A stretch of DNA of 64,000 nucleotides from Isosphaeraceae bacterium. GTDB lineage: Bacteria; Planctomycetota; Planctomycetia; Isosphaerales; Isosphaeraceae. The position numbers were made by a program, and so were the translations under genes. A model generated the notes under the pieces. It made no database searches. It saw nothing but the letters and a program-made list of their open reading frames with translations, and was not told the origin of the DNA. Where the stretch lies: assembly GCA_965201075.1 (NCBI GenBank), contig CBDAVP010000004.1, forward strand, positions 124,001 to 188,000, in the 5' to 3' direction. This document shows positions 1-10,047 of this stretch, piece after piece (the stretch's first letter is position 1; every line of letters begins with the position of its first letter).

Positions 1-68
1 ATGCCGCCGCGGGGTCGGGTGGGGGCGAGGGTGATTGCCGGTTCGGGCCGCTTCCGGCTTCGGATGGT

Positions 69-638
69 GTGCGAGGGCCGAAATCAAAGGTCTCCTGGTG
101 GGAACCCCGGTGGTCGTACTGGCCGGGCCTCATTCGCGAGTTGGGACATTTGCTTCGACCCTCATCAATGGCCAAGGTTCTCTTCGTGAGCCTTTTGCTG
201 ACCGGCCTCCTGTGCATCGTCCTCCGAGCCGCGTTCCCCTTGCTTGCCTTGGGCCCCCTGCTCTGGCAGTTCCCGATCGCCAGCCTCGGCTTGTATGCGT
301 TTGTTCTGGTCTGGGTTCCCTTTACTTCGCTCCTTCCCCCGCAGATCCACGTCACTCGCCACGGGATCATGTGCCAGGCCACTCTTGCGAAGCGGGCTGA
401 TCTGTCCGACCTGAAGCTCGTCCGGTATGCCCCGGACATGGCGCGATTGCGCGTCCGCCACGGTGGGCGGAGGCGTTCGTATGGGATCGGCAAGCCCGTG
501 GATGTCGTGGCGATCGGCCGGCTGCTGGGCTTGCCGGTGGCGACGGTCGATGCCAGCACTCGGTTTGCCCGGTTTCGGGCCGTCCACGAGACGCGTCGGC
601 GACGGGACCAAGGCGAGTGGGACACTCCGGGTCGTTGA
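69..638 (+). CDS. hypothetical membrane protein (2 TM segments plus a possible PH-like C-terminal domain)
   Basis: 189-aa ORF with hydrophobic stretches (VLFVSLLLTGLLCIVL; IASLGLYAFVLVWVPF); GTG start uncertain. Confidence 0.55.
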   Translation: MRGPKSKVSWWEPRWSYWPGLIRELGHLLRPSSMAKVLFVSLLLTGLLCIVLRAAFPLLALGPLLWQFPIASLGLYAFVLVWVPFTSLLPPQIHVTRHGIMCQATLAKRADLSDLKLVRYAPDMARLRVRHGGRRRSYGIGKPVDVVAIGRLLGLPVATVDASTRFARFRAVHETRRRRDQGEWDTPGR

Positions 639-752
639 GTGTGATGAGGGGAGATCGTAGGGTGAGTCGGTGACTTGATCGTGCCGACGCGCCCCTTTAG
701 GATTTCGAAACTGTCCTGTGTTCGCCGCCCACAGGTGCGGGGTCTCTGCTTT

Positions 753-3521
753 ATGAGTGCCGATCTCTTCAAGGGCCGTCCCCACCTGGGGCTCTTTGTC
801 GGCATGCTCGCCTGGACGGGTCTGCTTCCGGGTGCCGCCCTCGCCGCGGGCCCGCATCCGGTGGTCGCCGGGTTCGAGCGGTTCGGCGATGACCCGAGGC
901 TGGGTCCGTCCCTGGGCGGCACGGTTCTCCTGGGGGAACTGGGTTGCACCGCGTGTCACCGGGCGGAGGGGACGGCAGCGGCCTGGGTGGATCGCAAGGT
1001 GGCTCCGGTGCTGGAACAGGTGGGGTCTCGGGTCCGGCCGGGATACTTGCGGACGTTCCTGGCCGATCCTCATGGGGTCAAGCCGGGTACGACGATGCCG
1101 GATGTCCTGGGCCATTTGCCCGAGGAGGATCGTCGCGATGCCGCCGTTGCGCTCGGCGCCTGGCTGGAGACGACCGGCCAGGTGGTGGACCGTCATCCAA
1201 GTCCCAAGGCGGTCCAGGCCGGACGGGTTCTTTATCGGCAGGTCGGGTGTGTCGCCTGCCACGGCCCGTTGGACCCCGACGCCGATCGGCCGGTCGGTTC
1301 GGTGCCCCTGGGAGAGCTTGGGGCGAAATATACGGTCCCAGGGCTCGGAGCGTTCCTGTTCGAGCCTCATCAGGCTCGGCCCTCGGGGCGGATGCCGGGG
1401 TTGCGGTTGACCCGCGATGCGGCGACGGCGGTGGCCTCGGCGCTGCTGGCGGGCCAAGTCGCCCGGACCCAGCCCAACCTGGCCTATACGTATTATGAGG
1501 GGAAGTGGGACCACCTTCCCGACTTCGACGCCCTGACGCCCGTGGCCAGCGGCCAGTGCCTGGACCTCGACCCGGGCGTCACCCGCCGCCACGATGAATT
1601 CGCCCTGCGGTTCCGGGGGACGATCCGGGTTGACCGCGAGGGGGACTACACGTTTCACCTCCGGTCCGACGATGGCGGCCGGCTTCGGGTCGATGACGCC
1701 GAGGTTGTGAACAACGACGGCATCCACCCGCCGACCGAAGCGCACGGTCAGGTTCACCTTGCCGCGGGCCGGCATCTCCTGAGCGTCGAGTTTCTGCAGG
1801 GGACCGGTGACTACGAGTTGGAAGGTTCCTGGGAAGGACCCGGCCTGCCTCGCCAGGAGCTTTCTCCCGAACCCCTCGACGGTGGCGGAACCGTGGCGCC
1901 GACGGTTCCTCCCCCGCCCGATCCGGCGATTGTGGCTCGCGGGCGCGACCTGTTCGCCACCCTTGGTTGCGCCTCCTGCCACGCCTTCCGCGAGGGGGAG
2001 AAGGTGATCGAGCCCGGGCAGATTTACGCGCCTCTGGCGAATCTCCGTCCCGGTGAGGGCTGCCTGGCGACGGAGCCCAAGGGGGTCGCGCCTCGCTATG
2101 GCCTTGATGAAGTTCAACGGGGCACGTTGACAACGGCTCTGGCGTTCCTGACGAAGCCCGAGGCGCCGTCGCCGACGCCCAAGGATCTCGTCACCCGGTC
2201 GATGGCGGCCTTGAACTGCTATGCCTGCCATGCTCGAGACGGCCTGGGCGGGCCGGGACCGGAGGGCTCGGGCGCGTTCGAGACGACTCAGGCGGAGATG
2301 GGGGATGAGGGGCGCATTCCTCCCCTGCTGGATGGTGTGGGCGCGAAGCTGCGGGCCGATTATCTGGCCGGAGTTTTGGCGGAAGGGGCGAAGGAGCGGC
2401 CCTACATGCTGACTCGGATGCCCAAGTTCGGCGCTTCGGTCGCTGGCGGCCTGGGAGATCTGTTCGCGAAGTTGGACCTGGATGCCATCCCCACCGTGCC
2501 TCCGGTGGAGTTCTCGGAGCCGGCTCGCAAGGTCAAGGCGGCGGGGCGGCTGCTGGTGGGGAGTCAGTCGTTGAGCTGTGTCGCCTGCCACACGTTCCAG
2601 GATGTGCGGGCTCAGGGGATTCAGGCGATCGACATGACCACGATGACCCGTCGACTGCGCCGGGACTGGTTCTTCCGCTACCTGCCCGACCCCGCGGTGC
2701 TTCGGCCCGGGACGCGGATGCCTTCGTCCTGGCCCGAGGGGCAGAGCGTTCAGCCTTCGGTTTTGAATGGTTCGACCCCCCACCAGATCGAGGCGATCTG
2801 GGATTACCTGTCCGACGGTCGCGACGCCGCCCCGCCGGTGGGACTGGGACGTGATCCGATCCCCTTGGTCCCGACCGACTCGCCGATCGTCTACCGAAAC
2901 TTCATCAAGGGGGTGGGCCCCCGGGCGATTGGCGTGGGCTACCCCGAGCAGGCCAACCTCGCCTTTGACGCGAACAATCCCCGGCTTGCGCTGATCTGGC
3001 AAGGTGGGTTCATCGACGCGGCTCGCCACTGGATCGACCGAGGTGAGGGTTTTCAGCCGCCGATGGGAGACAACATCCTGGCGCTGCCCGCCGGCCCGGC
3101 CTTCGGCAGCCTGGCGAATCCCGAGGCTGCGTGGCCCGACGCCCCAGCGGCGCGATTCCGGGGCTATCGGCTCGATTCCGCTGGTCGGCCGACGTTTCTT
3201 TATGACGTGGGCGACGACCGCGTGGAGGACACCTTCACCCCCCTGCCCCCGACGAATCCCTCGGGATCGCCCGGGTTCTCGCGGAGTCTGGTTCTCAACG
3301 GCCCCGCCCCCGAGACTCCTTTGACATTTCGCGCCGCGGTGGTTGAGAAGGTCGAGCCCCTGGCCGATGGCTGGTACGACCTGGGCGGCGGGTTCAAGAT
3401 GCGGTTATCTTGTGGCGATGCCAGGCCGATCGTTCGGCAGGCTGGGGGGAAGGCGGAGTTGTTGATCCCCGTGGAGTTCCGCGAGGGTCGGGCGAAGATC
3501 GTCCAGGACTTCGACTGGTGA
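753..3521 (+). CDS. multiheme c-type cytochrome with PA14 domain (PVC-type)
   Basis: Signal-like N-terminus; five CxxCH motifs (CTACH, CVACH, CASCH, CYACH, CVACH); PA14 segment (YYEGKWDHLPDF...YTFHLRSDDGGRL...VVNNDGIH); ATG 753 preferred over TTG 675. Confidence 0.88.
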   Translation: MSADLFKGRPHLGLFVGMLAWTGLLPGAALAAGPHPVVAGFERFGDDPRLGPSLGGTVLLGELGCTACHRAEGTAAAWVDRKVAPVLEQVGSRVRPGYLRTFLADPHGVKPGTTMPDVLGHLPEEDRRDAAVALGAWLETTGQVVDRHPSPKAVQAGRVLYRQVGCVACHGPLDPDADRPVGSVPLGELGAKYTVPGLGAFLFEPHQARPSGRMPGLRLTRDAATAVASALLAGQVARTQPNLAYTYYEGKWDHLPDFDALTPVASGQCLDLDPGVTRRHDEFALRFRGTIRVDREGDYTFHLRSDDGGRLRVDDAEVVNNDGIHPPTEAHGQVHLAAGRHLLSVEFLQGTGDYELEGSWEGPGLPRQELSPEPLDGGGTVAPTVPPPPDPAIVARGRDLFATLGCASCHAFREGEKVIEPGQIYAPLANLRPGEGCLATEPKGVAPRYGLDEVQRGTLTTALAFLTKPEAPSPTPKDLVTRSMAALNCYACHARDGLGGPGPEGSGAFETTQAEMGDEGRIPPLLDGVGAKLRADYLAGVLAEGAKERPYMLTRMPKFGASVAGGLGDLFAKLDLDAIPTVPPVEFSEPARKVKAAGRLLVGSQSLSCVACHTFQDVRAQGIQAIDMTTMTRRLRRDWFFRYLPDPAVLRPGTRMPSSWPEGQSVQPSVLNGSTPHQIEAIWDYLSDGRDAAPPVGLGRDPIPLVPTDSPIVYRNFIKGVGPRAIGVGYPEQANLAFDANNPRLALIWQGGFIDAARHWIDRGEGFQPPMGDNILALPAGPAFGSLANPEAAWPDAPAARFRGYRLDSAGRPTFLYDVGDDRVEDTFTPLPPTNPSGSPGFSRSLVLNGPAPETPLTFRAAVVEKVEPLADGWYDLGGGFKMRLSCGDARPIVRQAGGKAELLIPVEFREGRAKIVQDFDW

Positions 3522-4018
3522 ACTCGACCGAGAGGACGCGGGCCGCGAAACCCCAGGCGTCGGAGGCGAAACCGTCGCTCTCCGCCCCCTATCGCTTTCG
3601 GACCCTTCGAGGCGCTTTGCTCGCCGGGCTGGCCCTGGGCGTTTCGGGTTGGCTCATCGGGATCTTGAACGCCAGGACGGGCTACTCCTTCCAGGGCGGA
3701 GCACCGAACGGCTTTCCCCTGGCCCGGGCCGCCACGGTTTCGGCCGTTTATGCGATCGGTGCTGTCCTCGGCCGGATCGTCTATCAGGCGACTAGCGGTC
3801 GTTGGGATGCCTCAGCGATGGCAATCCCGCTCTTTGCTTGCATTACCCCCATGATCTCGTGGAATGCCAAAATCGAGGCGGGGAACCCCCTGCTTCCGAG
3901 CCTCGCGGCCCCGGCCCTCGTCATGAGTTTCTTCGTGAGTGTCCTGAGCCTTGTGGGACTTTGGAATCGACGGACGCGACACCGCGGTACTCCGTCCGTA
4001 CCAAGCCCTGGCGGCTGA
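3518..4018 (+). CDS. hypothetical membrane protein (~4 TM)
   Basis: GTG overlaps the upstream TGA (GTGA 3518-3521); four hydrophobic segments. Confidence 0.6.
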   Translation: MNSTERTRAAKPQASEAKPSLSAPYRFRTLRGALLAGLALGVSGWLIGILNARTGYSFQGGAPNGFPLARAATVSAVYAIGAVLGRIVYQATSGRWDASAMAIPLFACITPMISWNAKIEAGNPLLPSLAAPALVMSFFVSVLSLVGLWNRRTRHRGTPSVPSPGG

Positions 4019-4095
4019 TCGGGTGAATCGTTTTCTGGTTCGAGGATTCGTTCCATCCGGCCCGATGCCTCGCGGATCGAAGGGGTTCGAAATTC

Positions 4096-5595
4096 ATGCA
4101 CCGCAACCGGCTCCTCGCCCTGGCCTTGGCCGTACTGCTGGCCCCGCTCACGCTCCGGGCTGATGAACCTCCGAAAGAATCGGACTACTATGCCATTCGG
4201 CCCTACGCGATTCCCGAGGGGGTCGTGCTGGAGGCTGGGGGCCTGGAGATGATGCCCGATGGCCGGTTGGCCGTGGCGACTCGTCGGGGGGAAATTTACC
4301 TGGTTGAGCACCCTGATGCCGCCGACCCGGCCGTGGAGTCGAAGTTCACTCGTTGGGCCCATGGCCTTCATGAGGTTCTGGGCCTGGCGTGGCGGGATGG
4401 CTGGCTGTATGCGACCCAGCGCGGGGAATTGTCCCGGTTAAAGGACTCCGATGGCGATGGCCGGGCGGATGTCTTCGAGGATGTGGCTGACTCCTGGGGC
4501 GTTAGCGGCGACTACCATGAGTATGCGATTGGGTCGAAGTTCGATCGGGATGGGTTCCTGTGGATCGCCCTGACCTTGACCGGCTCGTTCACCAGCGATG
4601 CCCCTCTGCGCGGTTGGGCGTTGCGGGTTTCGGCCGATGGAAAACAGGTCATCCCGACGTGCAGCGGGTTGCGGTCGCCGGGCGGGCTGGGGATGGATGC
4701 GGCGGGGGCGATGTACTACACCGAGAATCAGGGGCCCTGGAACGGCGCGTGTGCCTTGAAGCATCTGGAGCCGGGGACGTTTGTTGGCCACCCCGGCGGG
4801 TTGTCCTGGTATGGGGCGGCCAAGGCGTATTCGCCTTTGGCCGATGCGTTGCTGGGGGATCGGCCGGCCGACCCGCAAAGTCATTCGCGAATGGCGGTGG
4901 AGGTGGGCAAGATCCCCAAGTTGCGGGCGCCTGCGGTGTATCTGCCATATCGCAAGATGGGGCAGTCGGCCAGTGGGATCGCCTGCGACCTGACGGGCGG
5001 GGCGTTTGGGCCGTTTCGCGAGCAATTGTTTGTCGCCGACCAGGCCGCCAGCACGTTGATGCGGGTCGACCTGGAGACGGTCGATGGACGACGTCAGGGG
5101 GCGTGCTTCCCGTTCCGAGAGGGGTTCGGATCGGGGAATGTGCCGATCTTGTTTGGTCCCTCGGGTAAGCTCTATGTCGGTGGAACCGGAAGGGGCTGGG
5201 GCTCTCGGGGCGGCAAGCCGTTCGCCCTGGAGCGTCTGGACTGGACCGGCAAAGTTCCCTTCGAGATTCTCAACATGAAAGTCCAGCCCGACGGCTTCGT
5301 GCTGGGCTTCACCCAGCCGGTAAACCTGGCCACGGCCTCCGACCCGAAGGCGTATCGCCTGAGCACTTACACGTACATTTATCAGCCCGATTACGGGAGC
5401 CCCGAAGTGGATGGCACCGTCCCCACGATCGGGCGCGTCGAGGTCGCGGGGGATGGGCTTTCGGCTCGCCTGTTCGTGGAAGGGCTTCAGGTCGGCCATG
5501 TCCACGAACTGCACGCCGAGGGAGTTCGCTCGGCCGAGGGTTCGCCGCTGCTTCATCCGGAGGCGTATTACACCCTGAACGCCCTGCCCCATTGA
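4096..5595 (+). CDS. secreted beta-propeller protein, glucose/sorbosone dehydrogenase-like (PVC type)
   Basis: Signal peptide [22 protein letters not shown]; motifs [37 protein letters not shown]. Confidence 0.8.
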   Translation: MHRNRLLALALAVLLAPLTLRADEPPKESDYYAIRPYAIPEGVVLEAGGLEMMPDGRLAVATRRGEIYLVEHPDAADPAVESKFTRWAHGLHEVLGLAWRDGWLYATQRGELSRLKDSDGDGRADVFEDVADSWGVSGDYHEYAIGSKFDRDGFLWIALTLTGSFTSDAPLRGWALRVSADGKQVIPTCSGLRSPGGLGMDAAGAMYYTENQGPWNGACALKHLEPGTFVGHPGGLSWYGAAKAYSPLADALLGDRPADPQSHSRMAVEVGKIPKLRAPAVYLPYRKMGQSASGIACDLTGGAFGPFREQLFVADQAASTLMRVDLETVDGRRQGACFPFREGFGSGNVPILFGPSGKLYVGGTGRGWGSRGGKPFALERLDWTGKVPFEILNMKVQPDGFVLGFTQPVNLATASDPKAYRLSTYTYIYQPDYGSPEVDGTVPTIGRVEVAGDGLSARLFVEGLQVGHVHELHAEGVRSAEGSPLLHPEAYYTLNALPH

Positions 5596-5738
5596 ATGAG
5601 GAACGATCCGTCCGGGGATGTGGACCGTTTGGCCCAACACTGCCGCGTCGTGCTGTTTTGGGAGGGCGTTCGAGATCCGTCCGAGCCGCGGGGGAATCGC
5701 ACGGGTCTCGGGGCAGGGCTTCGCCGAACCGGCATGTC

Positions 5739-5819
5739 GTCCCTCCGGGACTTGGCGCGTTCAACGCGTCGCTGTCCTGGGTTGACGCCCCAGTCTACAG
5801 GATACCGCCCCTTCGGAGC
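5739..5819. repeat. REP-like cluster of short GC-rich hairpins
   Basis: GTCCC-TCC-GGGAC (5739-5751), CGCGT-TCA-ACGCG (5756-5768), CTGGG-TTGACGC-CCCAG (5777-5793), GCCCC-TTC-GGAGC (5807-5819), all intergenic. Confidence 0.55.
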
Positions 5820-6090
5820 TTGAGAGACGATGTCGAGTTGGATGACTCTCGAGGTCCGGATGCCTTTTGCCAGTTGGCGAAGGCGATTGGCGTGGGAGCA
5901 TGCTCTTCCGGGTGGATGCTTTTGATCGCAATGGGACAGGATTGCAAACTTTCTGGCGAAAAATTGTCTAAATCTTGCACGAAAATTAGTCAAGGACTTG
6001 CCTTGGAGGGTTCTGGCTTCTCTAATTCCATTACATCTCTCTCGCAGCGAATCCCATCTCCGCGACGCCCTTTTGCGAGGCTCTTACTCT

Positions 6091-6357
6091 ATGCCTTTGC
6101 TCTTCTTTTTGCTGGTTCTGGCGTTTCCTCCACTGATGGTTCTGGTGCCGACCCTGGCTCACCCGGGGGATTTCGCATCCCAGGGTGTTCCCGGTTTGAA
6201 GATGATCCTGATGGTTGAAGGGGTCCTGCTGGTGGGCTACGGCCTGTCCTTACTGGAGCGTCGTCGCCTTCATGGGGCGCACTCGGCGGTGGGCGCGTCG
6301 AGATCGGCCAAGGTTTCCGGACGATCGGCCTCGGCCCGGGTCCTGGCCGGGCATTGA
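6091..6357 (+). CDS. small hypothetical membrane protein (2 TM)
   Basis: 88 aa MPLLFFLLVLAFPPLMVLV...MILMVEGVLLVGYGLSLL, downstream of an AT-rich promoter-like stretch (5930-6030). Confidence 0.5.
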   Translation: MPLLFFLLVLAFPPLMVLVPTLAHPGDFASQGVPGLKMILMVEGVLLVGYGLSLLERRRLHGAHSAVGASRSAKVSGRSASARVLAGH

Positions 6358-6363
6358 TCGGGC

Positions 6364-7380
6364 TCAGAGCAGCGCGGTCGTTTCCGGCAGGCCGAACATC
6401 AGGTTGAGGTTCTGGATCGCGACTCCGGCAGCGCCCTTGAGCAGGTTGTCCAGGCAGGAGAGGACCAGGATGTGGCCTCGGACGACCCGGATGGCCAGGT
6501 CGCAGAAATTGGTGTGAGTGGAGTCCTTGGTGGCCGGCAGGCGGTCGCGGACGCGGATGAATGGGCTGTCCTGGTAGAAGGTTCGGTAGAGGTCCGTCAG
6601 GTCGCTTTCGACGGGTGACCCCTTGGGACGGGCGTAGATCGTGGCGAAGATGCCCCGGTCCATGGGCATCAGGTGGGGGGTGAAGAGGACCTCGACCGGG
6701 TCGCCCCCGTCGGCGACGTTGGTGAGAACCTGTTCGATCTCGGGGGTGTGGCGGTGGCGGCCGACTCCGTAGGCGGAGACGCTTTCATTCGCTTCGGGGA
6801 AGTGAAGGTTGGGCTTGGGGGATCGGCCCGCTCCGGTGACGCCACTCTTGGCGTCGATGATGATGCCGGTGCGCTCGATGAGGTCGTGGGCGATCAGGGG
6901 GGCCAGACCGAGGATGCTGGCCGAGGTGTAGCAGCCGGGATTGGCGATCAGGTTCGCGGTGGGGATCGCCGGGCGAAACAGCTCGGGCAGGCCGTAGACC
7001 GCTAAGGCGAGGCCCTCGGGGTCGTCGTGGGGATGGTCGTACCACTCGGTGTAGACCTGAGCGTCCTTGAGACGGTAGTCGGCGCTGAGGTCGATGACGC
7101 GGACGCCCCGTCGCCGGAGGTCGGGCACGATGGCGAGGCTGGCGGCGTGGGGCAGGCCGAGGATCGCCAACTGGGCGGCTCCGGCGATTCGGTCGGCGTC
7201 GAAGGGTTCGCAGTTCAGATCGGTTCGGCCGGCGAGGGAGGGGTGGACGGCGTCGAGGCGGGGGGATTCGTCGGCGCGGGAGGTCGCCACCGTCAGGCGG
7301 GCCGAGGGGTGTCGCAGGAGGATCTTGATCGCCTCCAGCGCAGCGTATCCCGAGGCTCCCACGATCGCCACGTCGATCAT
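6364..7380 (-). CDS. argC: N-acetyl-gamma-glutamyl-phosphate reductase
   Basis: MIDVAIVGASGY, IDLSADYRL, VYGLPE, IANPGCY, SGVTGAGR, HRHTPEI, DNLLKGAAG; ATGA overlap with the upstream gene. Confidence 0.97.
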   Translation of the reverse strand: MIDVAIVGASGYAALEAIKILLRHPSARLTVATSRADESPRLDAVHPSLAGRTDLNCEPFDADRIAGAAQLAILGLPHAASLAIVPDLRRRGVRVIDLSADYRLKDAQVYTEWYDHPHDDPEGLALAVYGLPELFRPAIPTANLIANPGCYTSASILGLAPLIAHDLIERTGIIIDAKSGVTGAGRSPKPNLHFPEANESVSAYGVGRHRHTPEIEQVLTNVADGGDPVEVLFTPHLMPMDRGIFATIYARPKGSPVESDLTDLYRTFYQDSPFIRVRDRLPATKDSTHTNFCDLAIRVVRGHILVLSCLDNLLKGAAGVAIQNLNLMFGLPETTALL

Positions 7381-9935
7381 CGCCGCTCCCTCCCCTTTCC
7401 GAATCCGATTACGATTCCCGACGCCAGGAGCGACGCCGCCGAGATCGCCAGGCCGATCGTGACGTCTCGGCCTCGATAGGCCAGATGCAAGGTTTGCGGG
7501 CCCGACGTGGTTTTCGGCACCTTGACCGCCATCCAGCCGCCAAAGGCCGGGAGGATTTCGGCGGGTGCGTCGTCGTTCCAGAAGGCCCGCCATTCCGGGT
7601 CGTGCCGGACCGAGAGGATGACGACGCCAGGCCCTTGCCCGTCAATCTCGACGTTTAGATGCTCGGGGTCGGGGGCCTTCCACGTCAAGGGTTCGGCCGA
7701 CTGGAAGAGGGTCATCACGGTCGAGGGGTTCGCGCTGGAGAGGTCGGCGAGGGTGGGGAGGAGCCAGGCTCGGGACGTCGGCGAGGGGGCTTGCCAGAGT
7801 CTCCAGGTCGGGTTGGCTCCGCGGATGTCCTTCCAGGAAGCGCCGTAAGTCCAGGCGGTGAGGGCTGGGTCGTGGATCGCCTCGAAGTGGCCGCCGGGAT
7901 TCCAGGAGGGGGCGACCCGGCCGATGGACGCTGAGGCGAAGGGGTCGAAGAGGCGGAAGCTTGCTCCGGCGACCCGAAGCGCCTCGGCTGTGCGGGCATC
8001 GGCGGCCAGAGTTCCCATCGGTCCGTCGGCGAGCCTGGCCAGCCAGGGGAGGGCCGGCAGGTCGATCGTGCGGAAGTATTCCAGGGGGGCGGCGCCGACG
8101 ACCATCGGCAAGTTCCCCAGAGGGTCGACCACCCTGGTCCCGGGCGGCTCGGCGGCCAGCCGGGCCAGGACCGGGCTTTGCTGGGCCAGGGAGCGGATGG
8201 GGGCATCGTCTCCGGGGCGGTCGCGTCCCAGGAGGAGGAGGTCGGCGGCCGTGAGAGCCAGAAGGGCCGTGGGCAGGAGTTTTGGGCGGCGATGGGCCAG
8301 GGGGATCAGGGCGATGAGGACCAGGACGAGCCCGGCGGAACTTCCGAGTTCGCGGAGGTAAATTCCGCCTCGCTCTCGGTCCAATCGTAGCCCCCCGGCT
8401 GGGACAGGGCCCTGTCCGTGGCGGGCCTGGGCGACGAGGACCCGGAGGTCGGCCTGGGGGCGGCGGGCCTCGGCCATCGCCTCTTGGAAGGTGTTGGGCG
8501 TGCCGAAGGGCAGACGCGCGGCCGACTGGGCGAAGGGGCGGGACAGAGCGGGTAAGCCGGGTCTTTCGGTGCTGGCCAGGGCCGCCTCGAAGGTCAGGAT
8601 CAGCAGGGCCGGCGCCGCGATCGCCCCGAGAGCGAATCGGCCCAGGGCTCGGCCGGGGCGGGTCCAGGTGGGCAGGGCGTCGAAGCCCTTTCCCGACAGG
8701 ATCGCCAGGGCCAGGGTCGTCCCAAGTTCCCATCGCGCCGGGGCTCGGAAGAAGGAGAATCCCGGCAGCCTTGCCAGAAGGCCGAACCCGGGGACGTAGC
8801 GTCCGAGGGCCAGGAGCAGCGTTCCGGCGGCCAGGGCCGTCAGGAGGAGGACGGTAGGGTCTCGGCGGACGTCTCGGCCGATCGCGCCGAGGGCCAGGAG
8901 CAGCGGGGCGAGGCCGAGGTAGAGGAGGTTTTCCTCGGGCGAGGTGTGGAACGGGTCCCAGGCGACGGGCCTCCAGAGGGGCGAGACGTGGAAGAGGCGG
9001 GGGGCGACGAGGTTGACGAGGTGGAAGGGGGTGGCGGCGAACTCGGCGAGGTAGTCCTCGTCGCGCTGGACCGCGGCGAGGGCGGCGAGTCGGGCGCTGG
9101 GGACGAGTTGGGCGGCGGCCAGGAGGCCCGCGGCGAGGGTTGCCAGGGCGATCGTCCCAGCGCCCTGGGCTCCTCGTCTTGAAATCAGGCCCCACGCAGC
9201 GATTGCGGCCACGCCCACCTGGGTGACGAAGGCCAGTTGGAAGTGGCCCGGCAAGGCCTGGAGGGCCAGGACCGCGGCGAGGGTCCAGCCGTCTCGGCGG
9301 GTTCCTTCGCTCCGGGCCAGGGTCGCGGCGAGGCCCCAGGCCCAGGGCATCCAACTGGCGCTGGTGTAGGACCAGGAATGGGGCTGGTGGACCAGGGCGA
9401 ACCCCGAGGCCGACCATGCCAGGGCCGCCAGCGACGCGCCCCAGGGCGAAACACCGAAGCGTCGAGCCGCCCAAAATCCTCCCAGGGCTCCCCAGGACGT
9501 GTGAAGGAGGAGGGAGGCGGTGAAAGCGGCCTCCAGGGGCAGAAGGCCATAAAGGACCCAGTGGGGGGGATAGAAGGCGCCGATCTGGCTTTCGCCGATG
9601 GCGGGAAAGCCGTAGCCCCAGAGGTCGTTCCAGAGCGGGAGGCGCCATTGCCGAAGGGCCCTGGCCAGGCCGGCCATGAGGCCGATCTGGAACCGGGTCA
9701 CGTCGCCACCGGCCGGCATCCGCCCGCCCAGGCCGATCGGCCAGAGCCAGGCGGCCAGGGTTGCCAGCAGGACAACCGGCGGCCCCGCCCCTCGCCAACG
9801 GCCCGTCACGCCCGCCCCGATCGCGTCGCCATGATTTTCTCGGCCACCCCCCACGTCTCCCGGCTCCGCTCTCGTTGGTCGAGGGGATCTTACTCCGGAG
9901 GCGTCAGCGGGCGAAAGGCGGGCGAAGTTGGTCAA
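7377..9935 (-). CDS. YfhO-like multi-TM membrane protein (GT-C fold-like)
   Basis: PLWNDLWGYGFPAIGESQIGAFYPPHW, LPGHFQ, FRAPARW, C-terminal 'W..A...P' domain and final TM; start uncertain (could be GTG near 9809). Confidence 0.8.
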   Translation of the reverse strand: MTNFARLSPADASGVRSPRPTRAEPGDVGGGRENHGDAIGAGVTGRWRGAGPPVVLLATLAAWLWPIGLGGRMPAGGDVTRFQIGLMAGLARALRQWRLPLWNDLWGYGFPAIGESQIGAFYPPHWVLYGLLPLEAAFTASLLLHTSWGALGGFWAARRFGVSPWGASLAALAWSASGFALVHQPHSWSYTSASWMPWAWGLAATLARSEGTRRDGWTLAAVLALQALPGHFQLAFVTQVGVAAIAAWGLISRRGAQGAGTIALATLAAGLLAAAQLVPSARLAALAAVQRDEDYLAEFAATPFHLVNLVAPRLFHVSPLWRPVAWDPFHTSPEENLLYLGLAPLLLALGAIGRDVRRDPTVLLLTALAAGTLLLALGRYVPGFGLLARLPGFSFFRAPARWELGTTLALAILSGKGFDALPTWTRPGRALGRFALGAIAAPALLILTFEAALASTERPGLPALSRPFAQSAARLPFGTPNTFQEAMAEARRPQADLRVLVAQARHGQGPVPAGGLRLDRERGGIYLRELGSSAGLVLVLIALIPLAHRRPKLLPTALLALTAADLLLLGRDRPGDDAPIRSLAQQSPVLARLAAEPPGTRVVDPLGNLPMVVGAAPLEYFRTIDLPALPWLARLADGPMGTLAADARTAEALRVAGASFRLFDPFASASIGRVAPSWNPGGHFEAIHDPALTAWTYGASWKDIRGANPTWRLWQAPSPTSRAWLLPTLADLSSANPSTVMTLFQSAEPLTWKAPDPEHLNVEIDGQGPGVVILSVRHDPEWRAFWNDDAPAEILPAFGGWMAVKVPKTTSGPQTLHLAYRGRDVTIGLAISAASLLASGIVIGFGKGRERR

Positions 9936-10047
9936 CGGCCGCTCCGCGAACTAGGGTTCTCGCAGGACCGTCCTCGGGGCCGATCCTGGCCCGGGGGTTT
10001 CCCCGCCGAGAGCGACCCTCCCCCGGACCTTCGTAGGGTGATGCCGG

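Noticed and set aside
165..3029. 954-aa minus-strand ORF and similar long antisense ORFs (e.g. 11314-13458, 24670-26772, 45849-48326, 62487-63959)
   Set aside because: These are high-GC shadow ORFs opposite well-supported genes and carry no family motifs.
5925..6000. Sigma54-like motifs in the AT-rich region (TGGGACAGGATTGC)
   Set aside because: The GG-to-GC spacing is 9 nt rather than the required 10.
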